Origin: Camelus dromedarius
Taxonomy: Eukaryota
Direction: 5' to 3'
Length of the DNA stretch: 64,000 bases
NCBI RefSeq assembly: GCF_036321535.1
Contig: NC_087437.1
Location: 45,820,001 to 45,884,000, forward strand
Shown here: one piece after another, positions 36,051 to 48,453 of the stretch
Layout of the letters: each line of letters starts with the position of its first letter
Numbering within the stretch: the stretch's first letter is position 1
Program-made: the position numbers and the translations under genes
Notes under the pieces: model-generated
Seen by the model: only the letters and a program-made list of their open reading frames with translations
What the model was told of the DNA's origin: nothing
The model's database searches: none

Positions 36051-39000
36051 TGACAGAAATAAATGATTAAATAAACAAACGTGAGAAAAGGGACAAACTG
36101 TCCTTATAGAATTCCATGTAATAAATGTAGAAAGGATTAAAAAAAAAATCACCATTAAAACACTACAGTAAAACTGATGCGAGCAAGACCCACTGACGAA
36201 TGTAAAAATTAGAGGGTAAAACTTGGAGAAACAGGGTATTTGCATGTCACAAAGCATCCTCCCAAATATGTGTTAACTACAACAGTGGTTTCAGCACGTG
36301 TCCACAGATTATTAGATACTCTTTCTTCAGAGAAGAGGAGCTTAATTTCTCTCCCCTTGAGTGTGGACTGGAATTAGTGACCCACTTCCGACCAACAGAG
36401 TACATAAGAAGAAAGCTAGTAACTTTACGGGGGAGAAACCTAACAGACACTGTCTTTGCCAAATGATCATAGTTAACAATACCAATCATAAATCATAAGT
36501 CATGCTGGTGTAGTGTTCCCTGATAACAATGTGATTAGAAAGAGACAAACTTTGTTATACTTCTCCCTGAAATCTGTAATTCCAGTCTAATCATGAGAAA
36601 ACATCAGACAAACCCAGCTTGAGAAGCATTCTATAAAATACTTAACCAGATTGCTTCAAAAATGACAAGGACAGAGAAACAGAAAGTGTTACAGACTGGA
36701 GGACAAGGAGACATGCTGATTGAGTGCAAATGGTGTCCTGGATTGGATCCTCCAACACAGAAACTTGGGAAATCTGAATAAATTCTAGTTTTATTCAAGG
36801 TATCGTGCCAGTGTTCATGTCTTAGTTTTGAAAAGTCTACTAAAGCACTACTCCAGAGGGAGCTGCATAAAGGACGTATGGAACTTACTGTACTAACTTT
36901 GCAAATTCTTCTGTAAATATAAAATTATTCAAAAGACTTTAAGACTGACCACACCAAGTTGGTGAGAATATGGAGCAATTAGAACTCTCATGCGTTGCTG
37001 GTTGAAATGTAAAACAGTAAATAATACAACCACTTTAGAGAACAGTTTGGCAGCTTCTTAGGAAAATAAACATACACATGACAATATTTCCCAGCCATTC
37101 CATTCCTAACTATTTACCCAAGAGAAATGAAAACATATGTCTTATGCATAAATAATTCTTGTACATGAATCTTCATAGCAACATTATGAGGAATGGCAAA
37201 GAAATGAAAAAAATCTAAATGCTTATCAAGAGGTTATTGGTTAAATAATTAATGGTATATCCATAAAACAGAATGCTTCTTAGCAACAAAAAGGAATAAA
37301 CTATTTCTTCACAAAATATGGATGAATGATTATGCTGAAAGAATCTGGACTCTCCCCACAATCAACCAAAAAGAATATATTCCAAAAAATGGAATAATGA
37401 TTCCATTTTAATACAATTCTAGAAAATAAAAACCAATATAGCAATGGAAAGAAAATCAGAGGTTGCCTGAGAATGGTAGGGGAAGGACAGGGGTGGCTAA
37501 GAGACAGGGATTCCCCAGGGGCAAAGGAAACTTTGAAGGGGACAGAAAGGTTCATTTTGTAAGTGTGATTATCTCACAGTACATACACAGGTCAAAATAC
37601 CCAACTTTGTACAATTTACAAATGTACTTTATGTCAATGAGAGCTCAATATAGCGTTTTTTTTTAAATAACATGGAAAGATGTTTTAATATACTAAGTGA
37701 AATAAAATCAAGCCACACAAAAACAAATACAGCATAATCCCCTTTATGTTAGAAGAAAACATTGGTTTATGTTTATAAATGCATAGTGTCCAGAATATTA
37801 TGTATTAACAGAGGCTCCTACGAGAGAGAATGCCCTGGCGGGGAATAGCGGGGGGTGGAGAGTGAGTATCCTACAGTAACAAACAGCTACAAGATCTCAG
37901 CGACTTAATACAGCAATTTTCTCTTTCTTTTATGCTATGTGTCCCATGTAGGTTAGAAGGACTTATTCTTCATTCAAATGGCTTAAAGACCTGTATTTAG
38001 CAGTACCTAAGCATCCTGCTCAAAGCTAGATAAAATTTGCACCTGTGATTTTCTCTTTATTTACACAACCACCCCAATATTTTTCTTACTTGAAAAATTT
38101 CTAAAATGAGCCATGTATTATCACCATAAGGAAAAAGAAATCACATAGAACAAGAGGTCTATGCCTGAAAGATGAAGGTGACCAAACACACAAAAGTAGA
38201 GTATTATTCTGACCTTGATTAATGTTTCAAAATTGAAGTCTAAGTGAGGTAATTGAAACAGAGGACAAAAGAAAGTGAAATGCTACTCCTTTAGAACCTT
38301 GGTTCTTAATATCTGATGTTTTTCTATAAATAATAGATTATAAAATGGATGTTTGGCACAGAGTTGCTTTTAAAAGTGCATTTTCCAATTCTAGATAATG
38401 CAAAAAAAATTTAACGGAGATTAAGGGCAAGACAGGAAAAAATGAGGATAAAGTCACACAAGGGAACTGATTATACAGACACACGCTTGCCATCACTATC
38501 ATCCAACTAGGTTACATGCAAAAAGCAATTACATATTTTAAGATGTCCTATCATAGCAAAATGTAGTTATGTTTGTTCAATAAACTACTTCCACATTCAT
38601 GTCCAAAACAGTAGTGCTTTGTAAATCGAATTACAACCAATTATTTTCAACATATTATCCAGTCAAAGAAATGTTTTCTCTGGCATGTTTATGAAGTAAA
38701 AACAGTAACAATAATAATTGCACTATATATTAAAGCCTAGTTTATGTCAGCCACGGTGCTAAACAAGTTGTATTACTGCCAGTCCTTAAACCTTGAAAGC
38801 AAGGTATTTTACACAGGTACTTCTTACACATAAGAAGGTGATGTGCAGATACAAAGTAACTTGTTCCGGCTCCCATCCATATGGAAAAGGTGGTGCTTTT
38901 TTCACTGCAGTACATCACCTTCTCCTTTTCAGAATTTACTCTCCAGGAGTGCATTCCCATGCTTGTCAACACCTCAAATTAATCAAACAGCTACTGTTTT

Positions 39001-39067
39001 CTCCAGGCACTGTCTTCAGTTCTGGGCAAGCAGAGAAAAATACAACAGATACAGGTTTGGCCCTTCG

Positions 39068-39214
39068 GGAACTCCATTGAGTAAGGAAGCAGAGGAAGCC
39101 ATGCACAGGGCACTGGGGGTGTGGAAGGAACTCCACTGAGTAAGGATGCAGAGGAAGCCATGCACAGGCGCTGGGGGCGTGGAAGGAGCACCCGACCCAG
39201 GGCAAGGAAGCAGG
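39068..39214. repeat. Minisatellite-like tandem duplication, 59-bp unit, ~2.4 copies
   Basis: ggaactcca(t/c)tgagtaagga(a/t)gcagaggaagccatgcacagg...tggaa at 39068 and 39127; degenerate third copy from 39185. Confidence 0.9.
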
Positions 39215-41120
39215 CAACCAGTAGGTGGGTGGCCTGTCTTCTGAGAAGCACTTGGATTGACTGAACCTGACCAGATAATCAGGCAAATGACGGGAGAGGA
39301 CACCTTACGGGAGGCACACGTATCTCAGTATGGGTAGGTAAGAATGTGACTGAGAGCAGGAGACAAAGCTTCCTCAGCCACCTATATTCACCTTCCTAAT
39401 TCGACCCCGCTCCCCACCCCCACTGCACACACTCAGCCTGCATCCAACAGCCCTTCCCAGGCACTGCCACATGTTCTCATGGACAACTCTTGAGCAGCCA
39501 CGACCTTCTAGACCCGTCTGCAGGCGGCACAGCCTCTACTGCCCAGGAAGCCTAAACCCCAGGCATCCTTACACCAGTGATCCCTGCCTTTGAGCTAGGT
39601 CATGCTTCCAGACACTTGAAAACCTTCCCAGACTCCAGAAACCTGAACTTTCTCACAAGTGTTACCCACACTGTCCCAGGTATATCCTGACTGAGGGCCC
39701 CGTGTCCTTGAATTACTTGGAGTGCCAACACCCTAGGGCAAGGTGTGGACCATTAAATACTCCTTGACCCTGCTCATCTCAGTCACCACCCAGGACATCC
39801 ACGTTCCCCAGGCCTGTTGAGCACTTGTGGAGAAAAGTTGCATAATGCTGTAGATGGTGCCTTTGGACAGTCATGATTACTAACTTCATCTGGGCCTGCA
39901 GCAAGTCTCAACAAAGTATCATGAAAAGGAAAACCATACTCAAAATTTAATTCTTTTTTTTTTTTTTAAGTAGAGAAAAATGTGTGTGGCTACTGTGTTT
40001 CCTAAGGTTTGCCGTGTTTCAGCTAGGGCTTATGCCGAGAAGTTACTGAACTTCAAGGAGAAGGAATCATTAGGAATCCAGTATGAAAAAACTGCTTAGA
40101 AGGAGACAAAGGCCACGCTGGCCTCGCACTTCGGCACAGCAGCAGTGCCTGCCAGGACAGTGCGCACCACAGCCGAGGTTTTCATGTGCAGTGAAACTTC
40201 CAGAAGCCTGCCACAAAGCATGGCTTGAGGATCCTCGCTCTGCACATGCTCTGATTTCATGGGTTCCGGGCAGAATATCATTTGTACTCACATTGGGAGT
40301 TCTCGACTTCCACTTTCATGCCCATCAACTGAGACACGAGAAAATGTGCCGCAGGAATAATGTACTCTACCAAGTACTCACTTTTGGGTAAGACAGCACA
40401 GCAAGACTTGAAAATGCAGGGATTCAAGGAAGACAGAACCCACTAAGCCTAGACAAAGATGAAACCCACCCAACAAAAAACTGGATCCTGATAAAAAAAC
40501 TCAGGAAGAAGCCATGGTCTCAAACTGCACTGATTGCAAATATAAAACTGATTATCAACGGATGTGTACACAGAAGACAATATAAATTATAGACATCTCA
40601 ACACAGAGGGATGGGAACTTCTGTTCCTCACATCATCCTAGCATCCTCCAGCAGCATCGCCCCCAGGGAGAACATAATGGTTAGACTTTCTCATGTCTTG
40701 CAAGCTGGGAATGGTGCTAAAAACCATATACATCATCTTGTTTAATCCTTACAACCTAAGGCAGGTAAGTGTCACTCTCCAGTTTACAGATAAGGACATA
40801 GGCAGAGAGAGAATCTTGCCCAGGGTCACCCAGTTAATTTCAAAGGTTAATCAGAGCCTGAGGTATTGTGACATTAGTAAGGCGGGCAGGATTACTGCTC
40901 AGTGAGAGCCCTTTAATAATTTTTTACTACTAATATTTTACTACTTCATGTCTTAACAGTAAGCTGTGTTAAGAGTCCATTTGGGGGACCTCTACCCCTC
41001 CCATGACCAGCACCTGTGTTACAGCGTCCCAAGGTATGCTGCTAGTCTCAAGGACTTCAGGATAGGCACGGGCAGGGGAGAAGTAGCAGCAGATCCTCTA
41101 GTTTGACCCTGGGCCCTAAA

Positions 41121-41270
41121 GTAATTCTCAAACTTCCACATGCATACACCTCACCTGGGGGATCTTGTTAAACTGCAGCTTCTGATTCATTAGGCCCTGA
41201 GATGAGACTTGGGATGATTTTTAAGACTTTTCCAGGTAAGGTGGAAGGGCTACACTCTGAGTAGCAAAGC
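41121..41270. mobile_element. MER5A-type hAT MITE
   Basis: ttctcaaactt...cacctgggggatcttgttaaactgcag...ctacactctgagtagca. Confidence 0.65.
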
Positions 41271-42689
41271 CCTAAACCACAAACTCCAAAGCAGCCTCTC
41301 CCTAGAGAGCTGGACTGGGTGATAGCTCCTGCAGCTATTAATACAGGGGTACTTTGATTCACATACTGTCCATTGCATTTAAGTGCCTTTGGAAACCAGG
41401 GAGGGGTGAGTTTTGAGGAGAGACACACAGACTGGTACACATTTCCAACAGTTCCTGCTTGTAAAAGCAGCAAAGGCAAGTATATGCCCATCACTCTTAA
41501 TGAGAGAATCCTAACTAGCCTCTCGAAGCAGGGAGGGGTGAAGTTCCTAATTCCTCTGCCTTTCATGGTAATGAATGAATGAACGCTGTTTAAAGTAGTA
41601 AATGGAGGTGTAAATACATACTATTTAAATTTTTAATAGCAACTACAGGAAGACTGACATAAAACCACTGCCGGTGCAATGTGGATCACAGGGAAGTACC
41701 GGGTGTCCTGGGACACAGCCAGACGAGCTCACCGAGTCCTAGGGCAACATCCCACACTGTTAGATGCCCTTTGCCACTTTTATAAACACAGAACCTCAGG
41801 TTAAGCTGAACCTTTTGAAACTGCCAGTATTGAGCAGTGTTTGATCTAGAAAAACAGCTAATTCCCTGCTACAGTGTTTAGGGAACTGTCTTCCATTACA
41901 CTATTTTACAAGAGCAGAGGCTGTTTTTTTGTTGTTTTTCACTATTGTACACCCAGTGGTAAAGGCACGTCCTGGGACATACTAGATTTTCAACAAATGA
42001 GTATTTGCAGATGTAGCAAAAGAGGACCTAAGACTCGAGCAGGTCAAATGTATAGAAATTGAATTTTTTAAAAGTCTTAGAAAAAAAATGAATGTCTGCT
42101 ATTCTAGCATGTGGACTAGGAATAGTCCAGCAATATTAGCTTATGTCACTAAATACTCTGGTAGTTCCATTAAGTTTATAATTGTATTTAACCTATATAC
42201 CACACTCTGTGGCAGAAATATTCTTCCATGTTTAACAATATCTTACTCATACTCAATGACTAGTAACACAGACTTAAAATATTAGTTGTTTTTTTTTTCG
42301 CTAACTCCCGTCAGGTGACTGTCATTTACCAGTCTAAATTATCCTCTTCTCTTATGCACATTTCTCGTACGCACATTGGGTAAGTAGTCTTTTTCCCAAG
42401 AAATCTCCCTTCCACAAATTCCTAAGTGAGTCCATTAACTGAAATAACAGATTCAGTTAATGCCAGAAAATGGGTGGGTGGCAAGTTTTACAAATTCTTT
42501 GAAAATGCCTATTAGCCAGGGGTGTGTATCTGAACCTACTGTTGAATTTGTCCTACTGATTTACAAATACTTGTTTATTACACCACTGTTCATAATAGGA
42601 AACAGTGAAAAATACACATTATAGAGGACTGATTATAAATTGTGATGCATAATACAATGCAACCATTAAAAATCAAAATAACAGTAGCA

Positions 42690-42905
42690 TATACTATGCT
42701 TTATACAAGCAGGCACGATTCTCTGAGGGCTTTATATGTGTTAACAATTCTAGTCCTCATGACCAATCTGTGAGGTAGGTACTATTGCTAGCCCCATTTT
42801 ACGCGTGGGAAAGCCTGCACAGTAACTCCTCAGGTTCAACAGCTTGAACAATGGAATAGGGATTCAACCCAGTCAGGCGGAATTCACATGCTCTTCATCT
42901 CCACG
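42690..42905 (-). mobile_element. MIR SINE
   Basis: tgtgaggtaggtactattgctagccccattttac...gggattcaacccag. Confidence 0.7.
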
Positions 42906-44136
42906 ATAAATTCCACATCCACAGCACAGGTACCTATACTGATGGGACAAAAGTTTCTGACTACTTCAGGGAAAAAGCTAGTTTCTCAATGAATATTATA
43001 ATCCTATTTGTCCCCCTTCTCCCCTAGTATATATTAAAAGTGTTTGAAAAGACACATACCAAAGTGTTAACAGTGTAACCACAGAGGAGTTGGCTGGGTG
43101 TTTGAAAATGGGAATTTTTTCAGTATCTTTACAAGCATGTACTTACTGATAAAAACACAGTAAGCCAATGATACAGTTTCTTCCTTCTCCACCTTTCTTC
43201 ACCTTTGTCTACGGCACACATACAAGATATTTAAAAAAAAAAAAGCACACATACCTAGTGCTATCATATTAGCCAGGAGATTAAGGTAGGACCAGGCATT
43301 TTACTTTAAAAAGGGTACTAACGAACTCTAGGCAAAGAAACATTGTTTAAAAAATAAAATTTACTTACCTCTAATTTAGTCTTGATTTAGCAAACAGACT
43401 TCATTTATTTCAACACATTTGTCCAACTTCAAACTTAAGTTTATTTCCACATGCTAAAATATTTCAACCACTTCATGGGAAATATTTTAAAATATACTAC
43501 ATAGCTAATTTTTTATGTCATATTAAACTCATTTTGACTTATTTGATGATTCTTGGCCTTCATCATGATATCCGTGCAGAACTGCAACTCTGCTAGGAGT
43601 TTCAGCTATTCCTTGTCCTGAGGTATTCTGCTCCTCAGGTACCCAAGATGGAAAATCAGCTTAGTAGTGTTAAGTAAATTAAGCCACTAAAAGCTTATGT
43701 GGAAAAGGACCTGAAAATGTGTAGACGTCTCAAAATCCCCTAATTTAAATGTGTCAGACCCTAGAAGCGGATGTTTTCAAACATCTGAAATGTTTCAAAC
43801 ATCTCAGACTGAATTCAGTGTGACTGCATTTTCAATGGAAGAGCTGACTCCTTGAGGTATCCATTCAGTGCCTGACTCCAGCAGCTCTCTGACCTATGAT
43901 TTTGCTATTTCTGGTAGTGCAGGAGCTCTTAAAGCAGCCCGCTCTGACACTGGACTGTATAACAAACTAAGATTTTAAAAATTTTTTAACAGAATTGTAG
44001 TATCTTTTTCTGTGATTTCTTAGATTACACCCCAGTGGTCCTAGTTCTTAAAATGTGAATTGTTTGCACAATTGATCATACAAACCCAATGACCAAGAAA
44101 CATTAATGTCTTCTGAACTTTACTAAACACTTTGTG

Positions 44137-44190
44137 TTTAATATATTTTAAATTATAAAGAAATTACAAGGAACTCCTAAAAAATTTAAT
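44137..44190 (-). terminator. Candidate distal poly(A) signals (ATTAAA x2)
   Basis: tttaat at 44137-44142 and 44185-44190 near the end of the repeat-free block. Confidence 0.35.
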
Positions 44191-45553
44191 ACAAAAATAT
44201 TACAAGTTAGGACAAGTAAGCATTGAGATATGACATTTGAAGAGAAGAAACATGCAGAAAAAGTAGCATAGGGTTAACATTTCATTGTTGACAAGAGAGC
44301 TTTGGTACAGCAGAGAAAGGCACCAGAAAACTACTGTCCATAGTGTCTTTTCCTCCGCTGCATGTTGCAAATGTATATACTAGGGAGACAGTAAACTTTA
44401 ATTTGATCTGCTATGTATTATAATAGGTAAGAAATCTGATCTACTGTAAGTATAAGAACTATGAAACTTCAAAAAACCCTTCTATAACTACTCAGATTGA
44501 TTTATTTTACCTCAAGCTTATACAGATTATAATCCTTAGTTGTCCAGAACTTTTGGGGAAAGTGTAAAATGCAAAACAGCATTAACAATCTATGCCATGC
44601 AATAAATGTTAACCCTCTGAAAATGAAAGGCTGTCAGAAAGTTCCAGCAACTCCAGTAGCTTATCATTTAATAAAACATGACAAGGCTATGCCTGTAAGT
44701 AGTTTCTGCTTAAGGAAATGGAAGGGAAATGTAGAAGACCTGGAAAACACAAGTTTTCAAAAAACAAAGGAAAACAAAAAACACACTCAATGATTCTTTA
44801 AAAAAGTCTTCAAGTAACACTAAAGGAGTTGGTTTTAATTAAACCTGGAAGGTGCCTAGTATCTTTCTTCTCAGATTATAAAGTTTGTTAGCAACCAAAG
44901 CCACTAGCTAAGGAAGAAAATTATTAAACTACAATAGGTTTACATGAAGGAAAAATGTCATTAAGGAAGTTGAGCATCCTGTCCTAAAAATCTTCAACAC
45001 ATACATACTGTTTTGTGCTCAAACGCACACTAAGCAAATGAACCTGTTAGTTTGATTATGTGAAACAATGTCTTTTAAGTACAATATTGATTTTTCAAAA
45101 TAATTTAAAAGTAATTGCTATTCCTTAGCTGATTAAATGCTCTATTATTCTTTAATAAAAATAGTAAATAATCCCTTCATTTAAAAAGTCATCTCCTACG
45201 AGAAGTAATAAAATAGCAAAATTTTATCTATGGGCTTACTTTAAGTGTCTATCTTGTAAAACAATATATTTATGAAATACAGTCGTTTAGGTTCTGATGG
45301 TAAGCTGCTATCATTTGTAACACCAATGTGGGATAACAGATGTGTTATATATGTTATGAAGCTAACTCAGAGCAGAACAGTTTATTCTACAAAAGAACAC
45401 TGGAGGAGTAACTGTAATTAAACTGTAAACAAGAAATTGTAAACAGGAAATAGCATCCCTCTCCCTTTACTTGACTACCGAACAGTCTGTACAAACTAGA
45501 TAGATATCAAAGGTTTTATATATGTACACAGCCAACATAATATCAAAATATAT

Positions 45554-45559
45554 TTTATT
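45554..45559 (-). terminator. Candidate major poly(A) signal AATAAA
   Basis: tttatt on + strand; mRNA context CCAGAATAAAATATATTTTGATATTATGTTGGCTGTGT with U/GU-rich downstream sequence. Confidence 0.55.
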
Positions 45560-48447
45560 CTGGACCTCTTTCAGATCTGATTCAAATTACAGTTGTCAAA
45601 GCAATACAATGCAAAGGGAAACTGCAACAACAACAACAACAAAAAAATGTGCCTAGAAAGGATAAAAGGGTCACTGGGGACAAATCATTGTGATGTGGAA
45701 CCAAAATACATCAGAAGTGTAATTAACATGGTCCAGGACAGCATAGAACATCTCTATCAGTCTTCCTCACACAATAATCATGAAAACTGAACAATAAAGT
45801 TCTTAAACAGGTACAAAAACTGTCATGGGCTGGTTTACACTTTTACAACAGTTTTAAAGTTAACTGGATAACTAAAGAAATGATGCAGACATTTTAATCC
45901 AGTGCTATAGGTAGGCTCACAGAATTAGACCCAAAGGATTTGTAAAAAATAAAAAATTAGAACATTATAACTACAATGTCAAAGTCAGGAAAGAAGAAAA
46001 TTACTTCTGTATTTAGGGATTACAGAGCTACAAAATGCAGTCTGTGTGTTTTTGTTTTTAATGAGATGGATAAGTACATCAGACTAAATACAACATGCAG
46101 AATGTTTTCTTGAACTTATCCAGAAACTCCAAAGAAAACATCATGAAACAGCTTACTAGGAAAAAAAAAATATGCCCTAGTTATTCACCCTGCTTCAACA
46201 CTGTCAACATAAAGGCAGAAATAAAGAATGCTATTAATACTTCAGAACTACTGATATAAGACATCAATTTTCTAAATCAGTGTATTAAAAAGTGAACACT
46301 TCCTCTTTTTTTGTCTCTTTCTTCTACATTTAACTAGAATCATGTTTTAAAAAATTGATATTGAATGTGACGCTTCAGAGCTACTATCAGAAGGAGTAAT
46401 TCATAACTTCCCTATTCCCCTTCCATCCCTGCTGATTCAGAAGAAAAACAAACAAACCAACCCACCCCACACCCCAAACCAACCAGGGTCTCTTATAGAT
46501 TTGCTGCTATTCCCCAAAATGCTGGCATTTGCTGCCATGCCACAATGTTGGTCCACTGAAATGGGATTTCTGTGGAAACTGTCAACAGTAATTCACCAAA
46601 TGCAAGTACCGCCCTTAGCATGTGAGAATAAATCCAGGTACTATGGAAATGTACAATGTATTTCAGTAAATGAAAACTGTTTTGAAAAGAGTAAATCGCA
46701 CTGCATTTGAGATCTTTTTTTCCTGCTTATCTAGTAAAACAACATTTTTGCTGATATAAGAATGGCCATTTGTGATTCCTTTAAATAGCAAAAATGCATA
46801 CTCCTCTTCAGGCCTCTACTCAGTAATAGTTTACATTACTCTTAACAAAATCATTCTACATAAACAGATAGCTCCTTAAAAATAGTACTCTCTCATTAAA
46901 TCTAATTTGACAGAAATAAGTTTAAGGAAAAAAAGGAGTGCTTTATAAGTTAAGTGAAAAAGTACAAATCTTTGGCCTTTCTCTTGACATTTTTATATGT
47001 CAAAAAGCAAAAAACCTTCATGTAATTCAATCTAATGATTACTTTTTGCACCATAATTTGTTTTTTTACACCACAAAAGGAGGCACTTTCAGTATCTGTA
47101 AAAGGTGTTTAATCCTAAAACATACTTACCTAGAGAATAATTAATTAAAACAGAATTCGATACACTCTAAGACCTATTAGGAAATTAAAACTTACCACTT
47201 CTAAAAGTCACTGGAAAGTCAATGATGATACCTGATCAATGACAGGAAATTGGGAATGGAATAAATATAAGAACTTAACGGGATTTTCCCACATGGAGAA
47301 GAAAAAGATATTCCTTTAGATGTTTAAGAGTGACAGCTGCTCTTTTTTTACTCTATTTTAATCAAGAATATTCTATTCATTCAAGTTTCCCTTTCTATTT
47401 TTCCTTACAAGTTTCTTACAGTAGCCTATACAACAATGATATATAATGAATACCACAGAAAACCTACTGGAATCAAAAGATCTTCAGAAATAAGTTCTCA
47501 GAGGGGAAAAAAATGAAGGAAAAAGAAGCAAGAACCTCAAACATAGAACTTTACAGGCTGTGAAACTTGGTCTCTTATAATCATGTTACTGCTCAAATTA
47601 GAGGCAATCTTACTTTTGTCTACTGGAGCAGCATCGTGGCACATCAGCAGGCAATGATGACTTGAGAACAGCAGCAAAAAGAAACAACTGAATGCTCATA
47701 AAGAACCCACGCCTACAGAATGGATACCTTTCTGATAGTTTGCACTTAAAAGACCCAAGACTTCAGGATAATAAAGCTCTGTATTTATAATCTTTTATAT
47801 GTCCTATTGTGGCTATTATGCTTAAGTAAAATAGCTAAAGATTAAAAAACAGAAAGAAAGAAAAGATGACAATACCATAAACATGTAGCTGTCTATCTGG
47901 GCAGCTATACTGCAGAACTTCTCGACTATCTTTCAATCAGTTGGGAAAAAAAAAGGTCAATAACTGTATGCAAATGAATAAATTGTCCATTATCAAAATA
48001 CAAAAAGTTCTATCAATAATCACCTCTGACTTTCAGATTTAAATTCAGTGCAATTGACAAATGCATCGCTAAAGGAAAATGCAGCTTAAACATACTCAAA
48101 ACATTTGTGTCTATTCCTGGGAGCACATTTAAAAATTATTGCACAGATTTTTTTATTTTTATTTTTTTTAAAACAACAATAGAGGTCAACCACAGATGTG
48201 GACCTCCAGCAATAAAAGCAGGATTTCAAGTGCCAGATACTCAGCATATTAGGTTTCCTACATAAGTCACAGGGTAATAGTTCTAAATATCTATAATGTG
48301 ATCCAAAACCCTAAGAACAGCTGGCACAAAACCATCATGAATGACTGCCTCTCTGGATGTAAATTTTAAAAAATATTATTACAGTATCATAGTCCCCACT
48401 AACAACAACTGGGGTACATATAACAATGTATAGTGAAATTAAGTGTA

Positions 48448-48453
48448 TTTATT
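48448..48453 (-). terminator. Candidate proximal poly(A) signal AATAAA
   Basis: tttatt on + strand; GU-rich AGTTGTTGTT (48401-48410) ~40 nt downstream on the mRNA strand. Confidence 0.45.

Larger units (their letters stand above)
29066..37670 (+). mobile_element. Composite of old L1M (L1MC/L1M4-like) fragments: 5' region, ORF1 remnants, ORF2 start and several 3' ends, with nested insertions
   Basis: ORF1-like LISRLNIPKERISELE (~30050); ORF2 start SIITLNVNGLNAP (~31806) resuming as QRLLEWIKKDPIICCLQETH (~32605), gtagctatattaatttcagacaaagcagacttcaaa, and L1 3' motifs at 33120-34450 and 36945-37670. Confidence 0.88.

Noticed and set aside
43770..43804. Short direct/inverted repeat tttcaaacatct x2
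   Set aside because: Too short; consistent with a local slippage duplication, no functional context.
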